Shown piece after piece: positions 1 to 8,620 of a stretch of DNA of 64,000 bases. How positions within the stretch are numbered: the stretch's first letter is position 1; each line of letters opens with the position of its first letter. This stretch comes from a virus, in the IMG/VR virus record IMGVR_UViG_3300042455_000321, positions 27,068 to 91,067 of that record. One strand, 5' to 3'. The notes beneath the pieces were generated by a model. It was not told where the DNA came from, searched no databases, and was given only the letters and a program-made list of their open reading frames with translations. The translations under genes and the position numbers were made by a program.

Positions 1-81
1 ATCACAATAGGTAGATGGGTTGGCTTTATGCTATTAATCTTTATAGGTGTAATTTTTGTATTTAAAAAACTATTAAAATGA
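1..81 (+). CDS. partial ORF, C-terminal transmembrane helix (possible spanin/holin end)
   Basis: Frame 1 reads ITIGRWVGFMLLIFIGVIFVFKKLLK*; stop overlaps the lysozyme ATG (ATGA). Confidence 0.5.
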   Translation: MTIGRWVGFMLLIFIGVIFVFKKLLK

Positions 82-521
82 TAATTTCAAACAAATTAAG
101 AGAATTAGTAAAGCACTTTGAGGGTTGCAAATTGACTTCGTATGTATGTTCAGCTGGGCATAATACTATTGGGTACGGAAATACTTTTTATGAGAACGGA
201 GTAAAGGTAAAGCCAGGAGATAAGATTACTCAACAAAGAGCAGAGGAGTTGTTAGATGTTATCTTGATTAAATTCGTTCAGCAAACTAATGAGCTTATAA
301 AATCAAATGTAAATCAAAATCAAAGAGATGCACTTACGGACTTTGCATATAACTGTGGAGTAGGTAATTTAAAAAGCTCAACATTGCTTAAGTTGGTTAA
401 TGCTAATCCAAATGATCCAGAAATAAGAGCACAATTTATGCGTTGGAATAAAGGTGGAGGAAAGGTTTTAAACGGACTTACACGAAGAAGAGAAGCCGAA
501 GCTAACTTATACTTTTCATAA
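78..521 (+). CDS. phage lysozyme/endolysin (GH24)
   Basis: FEG..Y.C.AG..TIGYG, FAYNCG, GLTRRREAE motifs. Confidence 0.93.
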   Translation: MIISNKLRELVKHFEGCKLTSYVCSAGHNTIGYGNTFYENGVKVKPGDKITQQRAEELLDVILIKFVQQTNELIKSNVNQNQRDALTDFAYNCGVGNLKSSTLLKLVNANPNDPEIRAQFMRWNKGGGKVLNGLTRRREAEANLYFS

Positions 522-536
522 CTAAATACAACTACG

Positions 537-1520
537 ATGACAAAAAAACAAATCATTATTGAATTAAGACAAGAGTTCCCTAATACACCGGTTAGGCAAT
601 TCGCAAGGATAGTTTATAATAAAAATAAGCATCTATTTAATGATTGGAAAGGGTGCTATACTCAATGCTTAAAAGCTCTTGGTAAGGCTGGAGAAAAATC
701 AAGAACGAACAATAAATCTGCCGAGCCATTAAATCCAGAAAATCCATACCAATTCCCTAAAAGCGAAGCAGTAGAGAATATCCCTATTAAACTACCTTTG
801 GCTAATAACAACATTCTTGTTATATCCGATATTCATGTTCCTTACCACGATATCCAGGCGTTAACTTGTGCTTTTAATTATGGCCGAGATAAGAAAGTAA
901 ATACCATTGTAATAAATGGGGACTTAATTGACTTCTATCAAATTAGTCGCTTCCTTAAAGACCCAAGAAAAAAGAGCTTGGCTTACGAGATAGATGTTTG
1001 CAAAAACTTTTTACAAGTATTAAGAGCTACATTCCCTACTCAAGATATTTACTGGATGCTTGGCAACCACGATGTTCGCTTCAACCATTGGATGATGGCT
1101 AAAGCTCCGGAATTATTAGATATAGCTAATGCTTCATTGGAGTCAATACTTGGCTTAAATGAGCTAAAAATACGTTTAATTGAGGACACTAAATTGGTTA
1201 AGGCCGGAAAGTTATTTATTCATCATGGACACTTATTGATGAGAGGTGCTTTCAGTCCGGTAAATGCTGCTCGTGGAGCTTATGTAAAGGCCAAACAAAG
1301 TATCTTAATTGGGCACGTTCACAAAGTAAGTGAACATACAGAAACAAATTTAAGTGGAGATATTACTACAACTTGGAGTACCGGTTGCTTATGTGAGTTA
1401 AATCCAGATTATGTCCCATTTGCTAATAATTATTCGCACGGATTTGCACATATTTTAGTTGATAGCAATGGGAATTTCAAAGTTGAAAATAAAAGGATTT
1501 TTAAAGGGGAAATTTTGTAA
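537..1520 (+). CDS. calcineurin-like metallophosphoesterase
   Basis: SDIH, GDLID, GNHD, HHGH, GHVH motifs. Confidence 0.9.
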   Translation: MTKKQIIIELRQEFPNTPVRQFARIVYNKNKHLFNDWKGCYTQCLKALGKAGEKSRTNNKSAEPLNPENPYQFPKSEAVENIPIKLPLANNNILVISDIHVPYHDIQALTCAFNYGRDKKVNTIVINGDLIDFYQISRFLKDPRKKSLAYEIDVCKNFLQVLRATFPTQDIYWMLGNHDVRFNHWMMAKAPELLDIANASLESILGLNELKIRLIEDTKLVKAGKLFIHHGHLLMRGAFSPVNAARGAYVKAKQSILIGHVHKVSEHTETNLSGDITTTWSTGCLCELNPDYVPFANNYSHGFAHILVDSNGNFKVENKRIFKGEIL

Positions 1521-1528
1521 ATTTATAT

Positions 1529-2137
1529 ATGGCATATTTATATAGACATATAAGATTGGACAAAAACGAGCCATTTTATATTGGCATTGGTAGTGATTTG
1601 CATTATAAAAGAGCTTATCAAACAAAAAGTAGAAATAAGCATTGGCATAATATTGTTTCTAAAACTGAATATGATATTGAAATTTTAATAGATAATATAA
1701 CTTGGGAAGAGGCTTGTAAAAAAGAAGTTGAGTTTATTAAACTATATGGAAGAAAAGATTTGAATTCTGGTATATTAACTAATTTAACAGATGGTGGAGA
1801 GGGTACAATAAATGTTATTGTAAATGAAACTACAAGGAATTTAATTGGTATCAAAAGTAGAAATTTAATTAGAACTCAAAATCATTGTAACAATATTAGT
1901 AAAGCTAAAAAAGGAAAGCAATTTAGCGAAGATCATAAGAAAAAATTATCAATGGCAAGAAAAGGATTAACTGCTGAAAAAGTGCATAATTCAGTACTTG
2001 TATTAAATGCAACAACTGGTATATTTTATTATTCAATAAATGAAGCTGCAAAATCACAAAATGTAAATCCTGCAACATTAAGAGAAAAGTTAAGAGGTAT
2101 TAGTAAAGTAAATAATAGTAATTTTATAATTGTTTAG
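1529..2137 (+). CDS. GIY-YIG-like homing endonuclease with NUMOD3/NUMOD1-type DNA-binding tail
   Basis: YLYRH...PFYIGIG, E..FI, NLTDGGEG, SEDHKKKLS, YSINEAAK. Confidence 0.82.
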   Translation: MAYLYRHIRLDKNEPFYIGIGSDLHYKRAYQTKSRNKHWHNIVSKTEYDIEILIDNITWEEACKKEVEFIKLYGRKDLNSGILTNLTDGGEGTINVIVNETTRNLIGIKSRNLIRTQNHCNNISKAKKGKQFSEDHKKKLSMARKGLTAEKVHNSVLVLNATTGIFYYSINEAAKSQNVNPATLREKLRGISKVNNSNFIIV

Positions 2138-2139
2138 TC

Positions 2140-2373
2140 ATGGCTGAAGAATTAGAGGATCAAATCAACGAGGAAGAGGAAATCCAATGGGTAGTAGATG
2201 AAACTACTGCTTCCGAATACATAAACACATTCTGTTATGCTCTTGCTACAATGGAGCAGCTTAATGTAATGACAAAAGATGATAGAGAAGTTATAGATAA
2301 TATCAAAGCTAAATCATTACGCATAGTTGAGAAATTTGTTAATGAAACTTACTTTGAGCTCTTTGATGATTAA
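2140..2373 (+). CDS. hypothetical acidic protein
   Basis: 77-aa ORF closing the operon. Confidence 0.65.
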   Translation: MAEELEDQINEEEEIQWVVDETTASEYINTFCYALATMEQLNVMTKDDREVIDNIKAKSLRIVEKFVNETYFELFDD

Positions 2374-2577
2374 CAAATAAGAGCAATTGCATATGATAAT
2401 GCAATTTTAAATATAATTTATATCCAAAAGAATATAGAATTCCTAACTGCACCAGCTTTTAGGACTTTTTTTGTCACTATTCTACAAATAATTGCATGAA
2501 TTTTCCCAAAAGTTAGTGTTATAAACCATTAATTTACAATAAGTTAGAAAATAATTAAAAATAATTCACAAAAAATG

Positions 2578-2608
2578 TTTGTTATTTTGAATAGTTTATT
2601 TATCTTTG
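2578..2608 (+). promoter_or_regulatory. Bacteroidota housekeeping-sigma promoter
   Basis: TTTG (2578-81), 19 nt, TATCTTTG (2601-08); matches -33 TTTG / -7 TAnnTTTG. Confidence 0.8.
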
Positions 2609-2648
2609 CTATACCAAAGCAATGATGCAGAGGTTAAAACTTTAAACT

Positions 2649-2861
2649 ATGAACATCAACAAAAAACTTTTTAATGAAATGAAAGAATATTTATTAGATG
2701 GTGGCATCATGCAAAATGATGTTGCTGGATATCAAATATTAATTAGAAAGCAAGATGGAATAAAAATTTTTTACGATAGCATTAAAGACAAGTATAGACA
2801 GTTTAAAAATGAAGATGCTTTTTTTAGAGCAGCATATAGAACTTATCAAAGAGGTTATTAA
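2649..2861 (+). CDS. hypothetical protein
   Basis: ORF with AAACT-ATG start context after the promoter. Confidence 0.7.
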   Translation: MNINKKLFNEMKEYLLDGGIMQNDVAGYQILIRKQDGIKIFYDSIKDKYRQFKNEDAFFRAAYRTYQRGY

Positions 2862-2920
2862 TTATAACAACCTCACGATGTATAGGCAAATCGTATATTC
2901 TTAACTTTAAAAAAACAACT

Positions 2921-3064
2921 ATGAACAAATTAACTATCCTTTCAACATTCCTTTCAGTAGGTTTAATTCAAAACGATTATGTATTGTATGGTTGCACTTT
3001 AGTTTGTGTTACTATTTTAGCAGCTTTATTTATTAACGCTTATAAAAACGAGAACAATGGATAA
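2921..3064 (+). CDS. small membrane protein (not in ORF track)
   Basis: MNKLTILSTFLSVGLIQNDYVLYGCTLVCVTILAALFINAYKNENNG*, AACT-ATG start. Confidence 0.6.
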   Translation: MNKLTILSTFLSVGLIQNDYVLYGCTLVCVTILAALFINAYKNENNG

Positions 3065-3293
3065 TTTAACTAACTGGCTCGTAGAAACTAAACCAACAAA
3101 CAAATATTTAGCTTGGTTGTTATTAACTCTTTTAAGAGATACAGACACTATCAATCCGATACATAAAAAGTGGGTTTATAAAACTGCAATAGATTATTTA
3201 AGATTGCCTAATAAACCTTACTCGGATAGAAACCATGACTGGCATCAAGATTGTATTAAATTAATAAACGCTTATCGCAACTCAATCAAATAA
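3057..3293 (+). CDS. hypothetical protein
   Basis: ORF in tightly packed operon. Confidence 0.65.
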   Translation: MDNLTNWLVETKPTNKYLAWLLLTLLRDTDTINPIHKKWVYKTAIDYLRLPNKPYSDRNHDWHQDCIKLINAYRNSIK

Positions 3294-3295
3294 CT

Positions 3296-3544
3296 ATGTA
3301 CACTAAAACACAATTAACACCAAAAGAGCAACAAGCTGCATTTGACCATGCAAAAACTATAATACACCTTTTAATGCAAAGTGAAAAATTAAGAACTTCA
3401 TTAACTTTTGAACAAGCTAAAGAATGTGCGAAATGGATAACATTAGAAATAATGGAAGAATTAGAGGAAAACTTTGACAATAAAAAAGGGAATAAGAGAT
3501 ATGATTATTTTGCAGAAGTAGATAAATATATTGATTGCTTTTAA
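3296..3544 (+). CDS. hypothetical protein
   Basis: ORF, AACTATG start; AKECA..I motif common in small phage proteins. Confidence 0.65.
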   Translation: MYTKTQLTPKEQQAAFDHAKTIIHLLMQSEKLRTSLTFEQAKECAKWITLEIMEELEENFDNKKGNKRYDYFAEVDKYIDCF

Positions 3545-3555
3545 ATTAAAAAACT

Positions 3556-3825
3556 ATGTACACTAAAGAACAACTACACAAAGATTTATTAAAAGATTTA
3601 AGAGCTCATGACTATTCCTATATGTATAGCGAATCGGAAGAGGTATGGTTAAAAGCAAAGCAAACAAGATTTGATATACAATTCCGTATTCTTAACTTGG
3701 TTATAATGCATAACTATAACAGAGAGCACTTGCTTAACGAATGCTTGGGCTTATTTACTCCTCAATATTTAGAGGGGTTAGCACATAGAGAAATCAATAA
3801 ATTCTTTAACATTTTAAACCAATAA
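3556..3825 (+). CDS. hypothetical protein
   Basis: ORF with HDYSYMYS motif; same start sequence as the previous gene. Confidence 0.65.
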   Translation: MYTKEQLHKDLLKDLRAHDYSYMYSESEEVWLKAKQTRFDIQFRILNLVIMHNYNREHLLNECLGLFTPQYLEGLAHREINKFFNILNQ

Positions 3826-3827
3826 CT

Positions 3828-4043
3828 ATGCAACAAATTACCTACAAAGGCTTTCCAGTAACTTTTAATGCTTACTACCAGCCAGAAGAAAAACAAACAC
3901 TTGAGCATCCAGGTATTCAAGCTCATTATATTATTGAGGAATTAGCTATATTTGGTATTGACCCTTATGAATTATTAGGGGATAGAAGATACAATTTACT
4001 TATAGCTGAAATTAATGACCTTTTAATGAATGACAATGGATAG
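3828..4043 (+). CDS. hypothetical protein
   Basis: ORF, AACTATG start. Confidence 0.65.
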   Translation: MQQITYKGFPVTFNAYYQPEEKQTLEHPGIQAHYIIEELAIFGIDPYELLGDRRYNLLIAEINDLLMNDNG

Positions 4044-4233
4044 AAGATTATCACGATTAGAGGAAATAGCTACAATATTTGAAGCATCTCTAAAATCCGA
4101 AGAAATAGACAATATGCTACACGATTTTTATGTAGATTTGAAATTAAAATGTAAACAAGAAAATATTAAACTATCCATTTATTATGCAGACAACACCGAA
4201 GGAGTTAAAATTGAAGAACCACGAGTTAATTAA
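4030..4233 (+). CDS. hypothetical protein
   Basis: ORF overlapping both neighbours. Confidence 0.55.
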   Translation: MTMDRRLSRLEEIATIFEASLKSEEIDNMLHDFYVDLKLKCKQENIKLSIYYADNTEGVKIEEPRVN

Positions 4234-4531
4234 ACTTAAAGCTCAAATTAAAGAATTAAGAAACAATTTAAAGGCTAACAAAGACCAGGTTATTAAAACT
4301 GCAATCATGGGAGTTTGTAAGGACTATAAAATAAGCTACGAAGATATGATGAGTGGAAGCAGAAGAAGAACAGTAGTATTGCCGAGAATGGTTTTAATGT
4401 ATAAACTATATCAAACCGGCTTCACAATGACCGAAGTAGGTGCTATATTCAACCGAGATCATACTACTGTTTTAAACGCTATTAGGAAGATTGAAGCACA
4501 AAAAGACCTTTATGATGATATTATTTTATAA
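4184..4531 (+). CDS. stand-alone DnaA C-terminal (domain IV) HTH protein
   Basis: SRRR..V.PR..MY...T.TEVG.IFNRDHTTVLNAIRKI matches the DnaA domain IV signature. Confidence 0.88.
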   Translation: MQTTPKELKLKNHELIKLKAQIKELRNNLKANKDQVIKTAIMGVCKDYKISYEDMMSGSRRRTVVLPRMVLMYKLYQTGFTMTEVGAIFNRDHTTVLNAIRKIEAQKDLYDDIIL

Positions 4532-4537
4532 ACAAAT

Positions 4538-4568
4538 TTTGTTAATTAAAAAACTTTACTTATTTTTG
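4538..4568 (+). promoter_or_regulatory. Bacteroidota housekeeping-sigma promoter
   Basis: TTTG (4538-41), 19 nt, TATTTTTG (4561-68), upstream of ERF. Confidence 0.75.
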
Positions 4569-4607
4569 TAAAACTTCTGGCAGGAGTTATAAAAGCCAAC
4601 TACAACT

Positions 4608-5147
4608 ATGAACAAATTATCAAAAATTCAGTTTGAACTGAAAGCCCCAAAAAACCAATTTAATAATTTTGGTAATTACAAGTACAGAAACTGCGAGGAT
4701 ATTCTTGAAGCAGTTAAGCCATTATTAGCTAAGCATGAATGTACTTTAACTTTGTCCGATGAAATAAAAGAAATTGGTGGTATTATTTATGTAGAAGCTG
4801 AAGCACTATTAATTGATTTAGAAACTTCATCTTCATATAAAGTAACTGCATGTGCCGGTATTGATCCTAATAAAAGAGGAATGGATATTGCACAAAGTTT
4901 CGGAGCATCATCTTCTTACGCTCGTAAATATGCCTTAAATGGTTTATTCCTTATTGATGATACTAAAGATGCAGATGCTACTAACACTCATGGCAAAGAT
5001 GAGCCAGTAGGTATTGATGCTGAATTAGTTAATAAACTTGCTAAATGTAAGGATATTACAGAATTGCAAATGCTATACTCTACAAAAGAAGATTGGAGTA
5101 ATGCAGAGAAAACTTTATTTACTAATCGCAAAAAATCTTTAAAATAA
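4608..5147 (+). CDS. erf: ERF-family ssDNA annealing protein
   Basis: N.FGNYKYRNCEDILEAVKPLL, AQSFGASSSYARKYAL.GLF.I...D.D. Confidence 0.92.
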   Translation: MNKLSKIQFELKAPKNQFNNFGNYKYRNCEDILEAVKPLLAKHECTLTLSDEIKEIGGIIYVEAEALLIDLETSSSYKVTACAGIDPNKRGMDIAQSFGASSSYARKYALNGLFLIDDTKDADATNTHGKDEPVGIDAELVNKLAKCKDITELQMLYSTKEDWSNAEKTLFTNRKKSLK

Positions 5148-5785
5148 TGTTTGAACAAGACAATTGGATGAGCAGTAGGCTGGGAAAGTTTACTGCTTCC
5201 GAAATAGGAAACTTACTTACAGAAAGTAAAAAGAAAGATGAGGTATTTGGTGCAACTGCTAAAACCTACATTCATAGAAAAATACACGAGATATTAAGTG
5301 GCGAAGTTAAGCAGCTTCCTCAAATGAGTTCACTTGAATGGGGGAAATCTTTAGAGAACGAAGCTATATTAGTTTACGAAGCTCAAACCGGTTATAAAGT
5401 AGAAAACTTGGGTGGGGCTAATCCTAAATTCTTTGAATTTGGCGAAAGAGCCGGAGGCAGTCCAGACGGATTGATTGAAAGCGACAAAGGTCAAGGGGTG
5501 TTAGAAGTTAAATGTCCATATACCGGAGAAACTATGATTGATTACTTGTTATTTAATTCTGGTGCTGATTTACTTGCTTATAATAAGAATTACTATGCTC
5601 AAGTACAGTTTAACATGGTATGCACAAACACAAATTGGGCGAATTGGGTTGCTTATGATCCGAGAATAAATATGCTTAAAATAGTGCATATTGATAGAGA
5701 TAATGATTTCTGCGAGAAGCTAATTGAAAAGGTAGAACTTGCTACAATCTATGTAAATAACATTTTAAATATAATCAATGGGTAA
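5147..5785 (+). CDS. YqaJ/lambda-exonuclease-like recombination nuclease
   Basis: W...RLGKFTASE, WG..LE..A, GSPDGL, EVKCP, YYAQVQ. Confidence 0.92.
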   Translation: MFEQDNWMSSRLGKFTASEIGNLLTESKKKDEVFGATAKTYIHRKIHEILSGEVKQLPQMSSLEWGKSLENEAILVYEAQTGYKVENLGGANPKFFEFGERAGGSPDGLIESDKGQGVLEVKCPYTGETMIDYLLFNSGADLLAYNKNYYAQVQFNMVCTNTNWANWVAYDPRINMLKIVHIDRDNDFCEKLIEKVELATIYVNNILNIING

Positions 5786-6134
5786 CTATAAAATAACTCC
5801 TCCGGTCGGAACTTTGCACGTTTACGTTGATGGCAGATTGGTCAAAAGCAAAGTACATAATACAAGATACAATCGCGAATGCTATGCAACTGGCATGATT
5901 GTTAAATATACAGATAGCATTATAGATTTCGTTTTTAACGATGGCATAAGAGAAATACACATGTTTACTTATGATCCTAAAGCAGCCATAATAAAACGAG
6001 TTCACGAAATACCGAGCTATTTTAAAGATGGCATTGAATATTTTGATGACGCTAAATTCTGCCAATGGTATAATCTTGGAGATGCAATACCTAATAAATT
6101 AATCTTACAACCAGCTTCACTTTCACTAAAATAA
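5778..6134 (+). CDS. hypothetical protein
   Basis: 118-aa ORF coupled to the exonuclease. Confidence 0.6.
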   Translation: MGNYKITPPVGTLHVYVDGRLVKSKVHNTRYNRECYATGMIVKYTDSIIDFVFNDGIREIHMFTYDPKAAIIKRVHEIPSYFKDGIEYFDDAKFCQWYNLGDAIPNKLILQPASLSLK

Positions 6135-6140
6135 ATAACT

Positions 6141-6266
6141 ATGAAACAAGAAATTAAAAAATGGATTACATCTTTATTATTAAAATGGGCATTTGATATT
6201 TGCCCAGAAGGAAAATTTAAAACTAAATTTGCTTTGTTTATTCAAAGTGATATTATGAACCTTTAA
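6141..6266 (+). CDS. small hypothetical protein (not in ORF track)
   Basis: MKQEIKKWITSLLLKWAFDICPEGKFKTKFALFIQSDIMNL*, TAACT-ATG start. Confidence 0.55.
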   Translation: MKQEIKKWITSLLLKWAFDICPEGKFKTKFALFIQSDIMNL

Positions 6267-6279
6267 AAACAAATAAACT

Positions 6280-6474
6280 ATGGAAAAAAGATTTATAGTA
6301 AGAGATTTTAAAACTAAACATTTAATTGATTATTCTGGATATATACTTGATGATGATGATGATGTATATGTATTCGATTTATATGCTGAATTTGATACTA
6401 TTGAAGATGCAGAAAGATTTATTGATGGTCAAGAGGGTACATTTCAAATAGAAGCAATATATATTTCTCATTAA
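6280..6474 (+). CDS. hypothetical acidic protein
   Basis: ORF. Confidence 0.65.
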   Translation: MEKRFIVRDFKTKHLIDYSGYILDDDDDVYVFDLYAEFDTIEDAERFIDGQEGTFQIEAIYISH

Positions 6475-6483
6475 CTTTTAACT

Positions 6484-6636
6484 ATGACAGAAATAATAAT
6501 TTTTGCAGCTGTAATGCTTCTAACTTTACCTTTGATGTTGTGTATTTTTTGGTGGCTTTATACTGATAAAGAACAAGATGAAATTGACAATGAAATTCTT
6601 AACTCATTTATTGATGAATGTTTTAAAAACAAATAA
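6484..6636 (+). CDS. small membrane protein (not in ORF track)
   Basis: MTEIIIFAAVMLLTLPLMLCIFWWLY followed by an acidic tail. Confidence 0.55.
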   Translation: MTEIIIFAAVMLLTLPLMLCIFWWLYTDKEQDEIDNEILNSFIDECFKNK

Positions 6637-6639
6637 ACT

Positions 6640-6885
6640 ATGACAGGGATAAATTACTTAAGTCAATTATCAAGCAATATGCAACAACATTGGCTACGAG
6701 AGGTAGCTGAATTAGATAACCCTATATCGTATCTTACTTCTGATTACGATGAATTTGAACACTTCTTAGGCATCTTTGATTGGTCAGATTCTATTATGGG
6801 TTACTCATTCTGGTCAGGGTTTTATAATAAGATTGTTAACGAGGCTAACTTAGAGATAGCATTAAACAAATATGAAAATGGCTAA
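6640..6885 (+). CDS. hypothetical protein
   Basis: ORF with FDW....GY.FW motif. Confidence 0.65.
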   Translation: MTGINYLSQLSSNMQQHWLREVAELDNPISYLTSDYDEFEHFLGIFDWSDSIMGYSFWSGFYNKIVNEANLEIALNKYENG

Positions 6886-7195
6886 CCCAATAACTAAAAT
6901 CAAAGCAGTAAAGGATTTCGTACAAGATATCCTAAATGATTATCCTCAAGCAAGAGAGAGTGATAACTATCTATCTGCTGTTGTATGGCACAAACAAGTA
7001 AGGGCTACAACACAAGGTGATGTAACCTTTGAGAACTTCTTAACTATGTATAGCAATGGGTTGTTAGCATCGTCTGATAGTATAACAAGGGCTGCTCGTA
7101 AGTTAAAAGAAACTAACCCTAAATATAGGGGTAAGAACTATGACAACAGAAAACAATTAGAAGTAGAAACAAGAATGAATATTAATAAACTTTAA
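6872..7195 (+). CDS. hypothetical protein (possible HTH-like)
   Basis: V..IL..YP.AR.SD..L and SITRAARKL motifs common in phage proteins. Confidence 0.7.
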   Translation: MKMANPITKIKAVKDFVQDILNDYPQARESDNYLSAVVWHKQVRATTQGDVTFENFLTMYSNGLLASSDSITRAARKLKETNPKYRGKNYDNRKQLEVETRMNINKL

Positions 7196-7205
7196 AACTA
7201 AACAA

Positions 7206-7457
7206 ATGGCAAAGAAAAGAAAAGTATTTGAGATTGATGCAGAAAACATTATGCTTCAGAAATTATCTGACTTCAAAGAGGAGCTATATGAGAGAGTACC
7301 TACTGATATCTATGAACTTATAAAGCATGATACTATAAATAGTCTTATTGAACTATGCTACAAAGCAGGGTTTCAAGATGGGGCTATAGATATAGGAGAG
7401 ATGATACAAGACATTATTAAAGGAGAGGTTGAAGGACCTAACGTAAACCCTAATTAA
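7206..7457 (+). CDS. hypothetical protein
   Basis: ORF. Confidence 0.65.
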   Translation: MAKKRKVFEIDAENIMLQKLSDFKEELYERVPTDIYELIKHDTINSLIELCYKAGFQDGAIDIGEMIQDIIKGEVEGPNVNPN

Positions 7458-7458
7458 T

Positions 7459-7668
7459 ATGAGACAACTAATATACTGGGAAGTAGAACACCTACTCAAA
7501 ATGGCTAATATATCTAACCCTGAGGTAACCCATAGAATAACAGATAACATCTGTAAGATAGCCAAAGAACACTACGAAGGCAAAGAAGATGAGTCTAATG
7601 TAGTAAGAAAGGGTAGATGGTACGATAAGATTGTACCAAGATGGTTTGATAACGAAAGTAAATTCTAA
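7459..7668 (+). CDS. hypothetical protein
   Basis: ORF. Confidence 0.6.
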   Translation: MRQLIYWEVEHLLKMANISNPEVTHRITDNICKIAKEHYEGKEDESNVVRKGRWYDKIVPRWFDNESKF

Positions 7669-7670
7669 TT

Positions 7671-7862
7671 ATGAAAAAAATAACACAAACATTTTTAGTT
7701 TTATTATTCTCAATAATAGCATCACTTATTGTACCTATATTTGGACATTGGTACTACAAACATACAGGTATCGAACCTATTGGATTTTATTTTATATCAG
7801 GATTTGGAGGTTTTGCATTTGCTTTATTTAGAATTTTTCAAATATGGGACACTAAATTTTAA
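7671..7862 (+). CDS. two-TM small membrane protein
   Basis: Two hydrophobic segments. Confidence 0.65.
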   Translation: MKKITQTFLVLLFSIIASLIVPIFGHWYYKHTGIEPIGFYFISGFGGFAFALFRIFQIWDTKF

Positions 7863-7864
7863 CT

Positions 7865-8101
7865 ATGGAACTATACGTTAAGATACACGACGCAGAAATA
7901 ATAGACAACAAGATTGTAATTAACAAGATAGTCATTGTTGATGAGTCAGGAAAGATAATAAGAGAAGCACAAATGAATGATAAATTATTAGAATTACTAA
8001 AAGATATTCACACAAATACAAGATACCAAGAAATTAAAAACTTATGGAAGAAAGAGTTTGGTGATGAGCCAAACCTTTCGTCCCTATTAACTATCAGATA
8101 A
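7865..8101 (+). CDS. hypothetical protein
   Basis: ORF, AACTATG start. Confidence 0.65.
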   Translation: MELYVKIHDAEIIDNKIVINKIVIVDESGKIIREAQMNDKLLELLKDIHTNTRYQEIKNLWKKEFGDEPNLSSLLTIR

Positions 8102-8103
8102 TT

Positions 8104-8115
8104 AACGTATTATAA
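8104..8115 (+). promoter_or_regulatory. phage-specific motif copy (AACGTATTATAA) upstream of the sigma-factor operon
   Basis: 11/12 match to AACGTATTATAT. Confidence 0.55.
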
Positions 8116-8182
8116 TATTGACATGAAAAATACAATCATTGTCGAAATCCAAGTAATTAGTGACGTTAAGTTTGAAGAAGGT

Positions 8183-8228
8183 TGTGGATAAGTATTAACC
8201 TAATGGTTAAACAATGTGCATATCTTTG
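8183..8228 (+). promoter_or_regulatory. DnaA box plus -7 promoter element
   Basis: TGTGGATAA (reverse complement TTATCCACA) at 8183-91; TATCTTTG at 8221-28; no clear -33 box. Confidence 0.55.
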
Positions 8229-8245
8229 TTATAAACTTTAAAACT

Positions 8246-8620
8246 ATGGGCAGTAGACCTCAAAGAAAGAAAGAGTACGTACGCTTTAGTATGAACCCTG
8301 ACAATTATAGAATTGTTTTGGGTGGCATTCTATACTTTGAAGTAGAATGTAATGATGAGTCTACCCCTGACTTAGGGCTAGAAGGTATAGAAGGGTTAGA
8401 TAGTAAATGCTGGATGGATATGGCAATCAAAATGGAATCTATCATAGCTATCAAACCAACTGGCTCATTAGAATCTGAAATCACCCATGGTAAAGCTTCA
8501 ATAGTATTAGATAGTGGTCCTTGGGAAACTATATCTACTAATATACCATACGAATATATGTGTGCTATATGGGAAGATTACCTAGCAGGACCAATTAAAA
8601 CAATATATCGTGGGCAATAG
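8246..8620 (+). CDS. hypothetical protein
   Basis: Start reassigned to the AAACT-ATG at 8246. Confidence 0.65.
   Translation: MGSRPQRKKEYVRFSMNPDNYRIVLGGILYFEVECNDESTPDLGLEGIEGLDSKCWMDMAIKMESIIAIKPTGSLESEITHGKASIVLDSGPWETISTNIPYEYMCAIWEDYLAGPIKTIYRGQ

Larger units (their letters stand above)
6262..6642 (+). repeat. 21-bp direct repeat TTTAAAAACAAATAAACTATG at 6262-6282 and 6622-6642
   Basis: Identical copies, each ending in a start codon. Confidence 0.85.

Noticed and set aside
1529-2137. Group I intron around the homing endonuclease
   Set aside because: The flanking genes are complete with only 2-8 nt spacers, so it is free-standing
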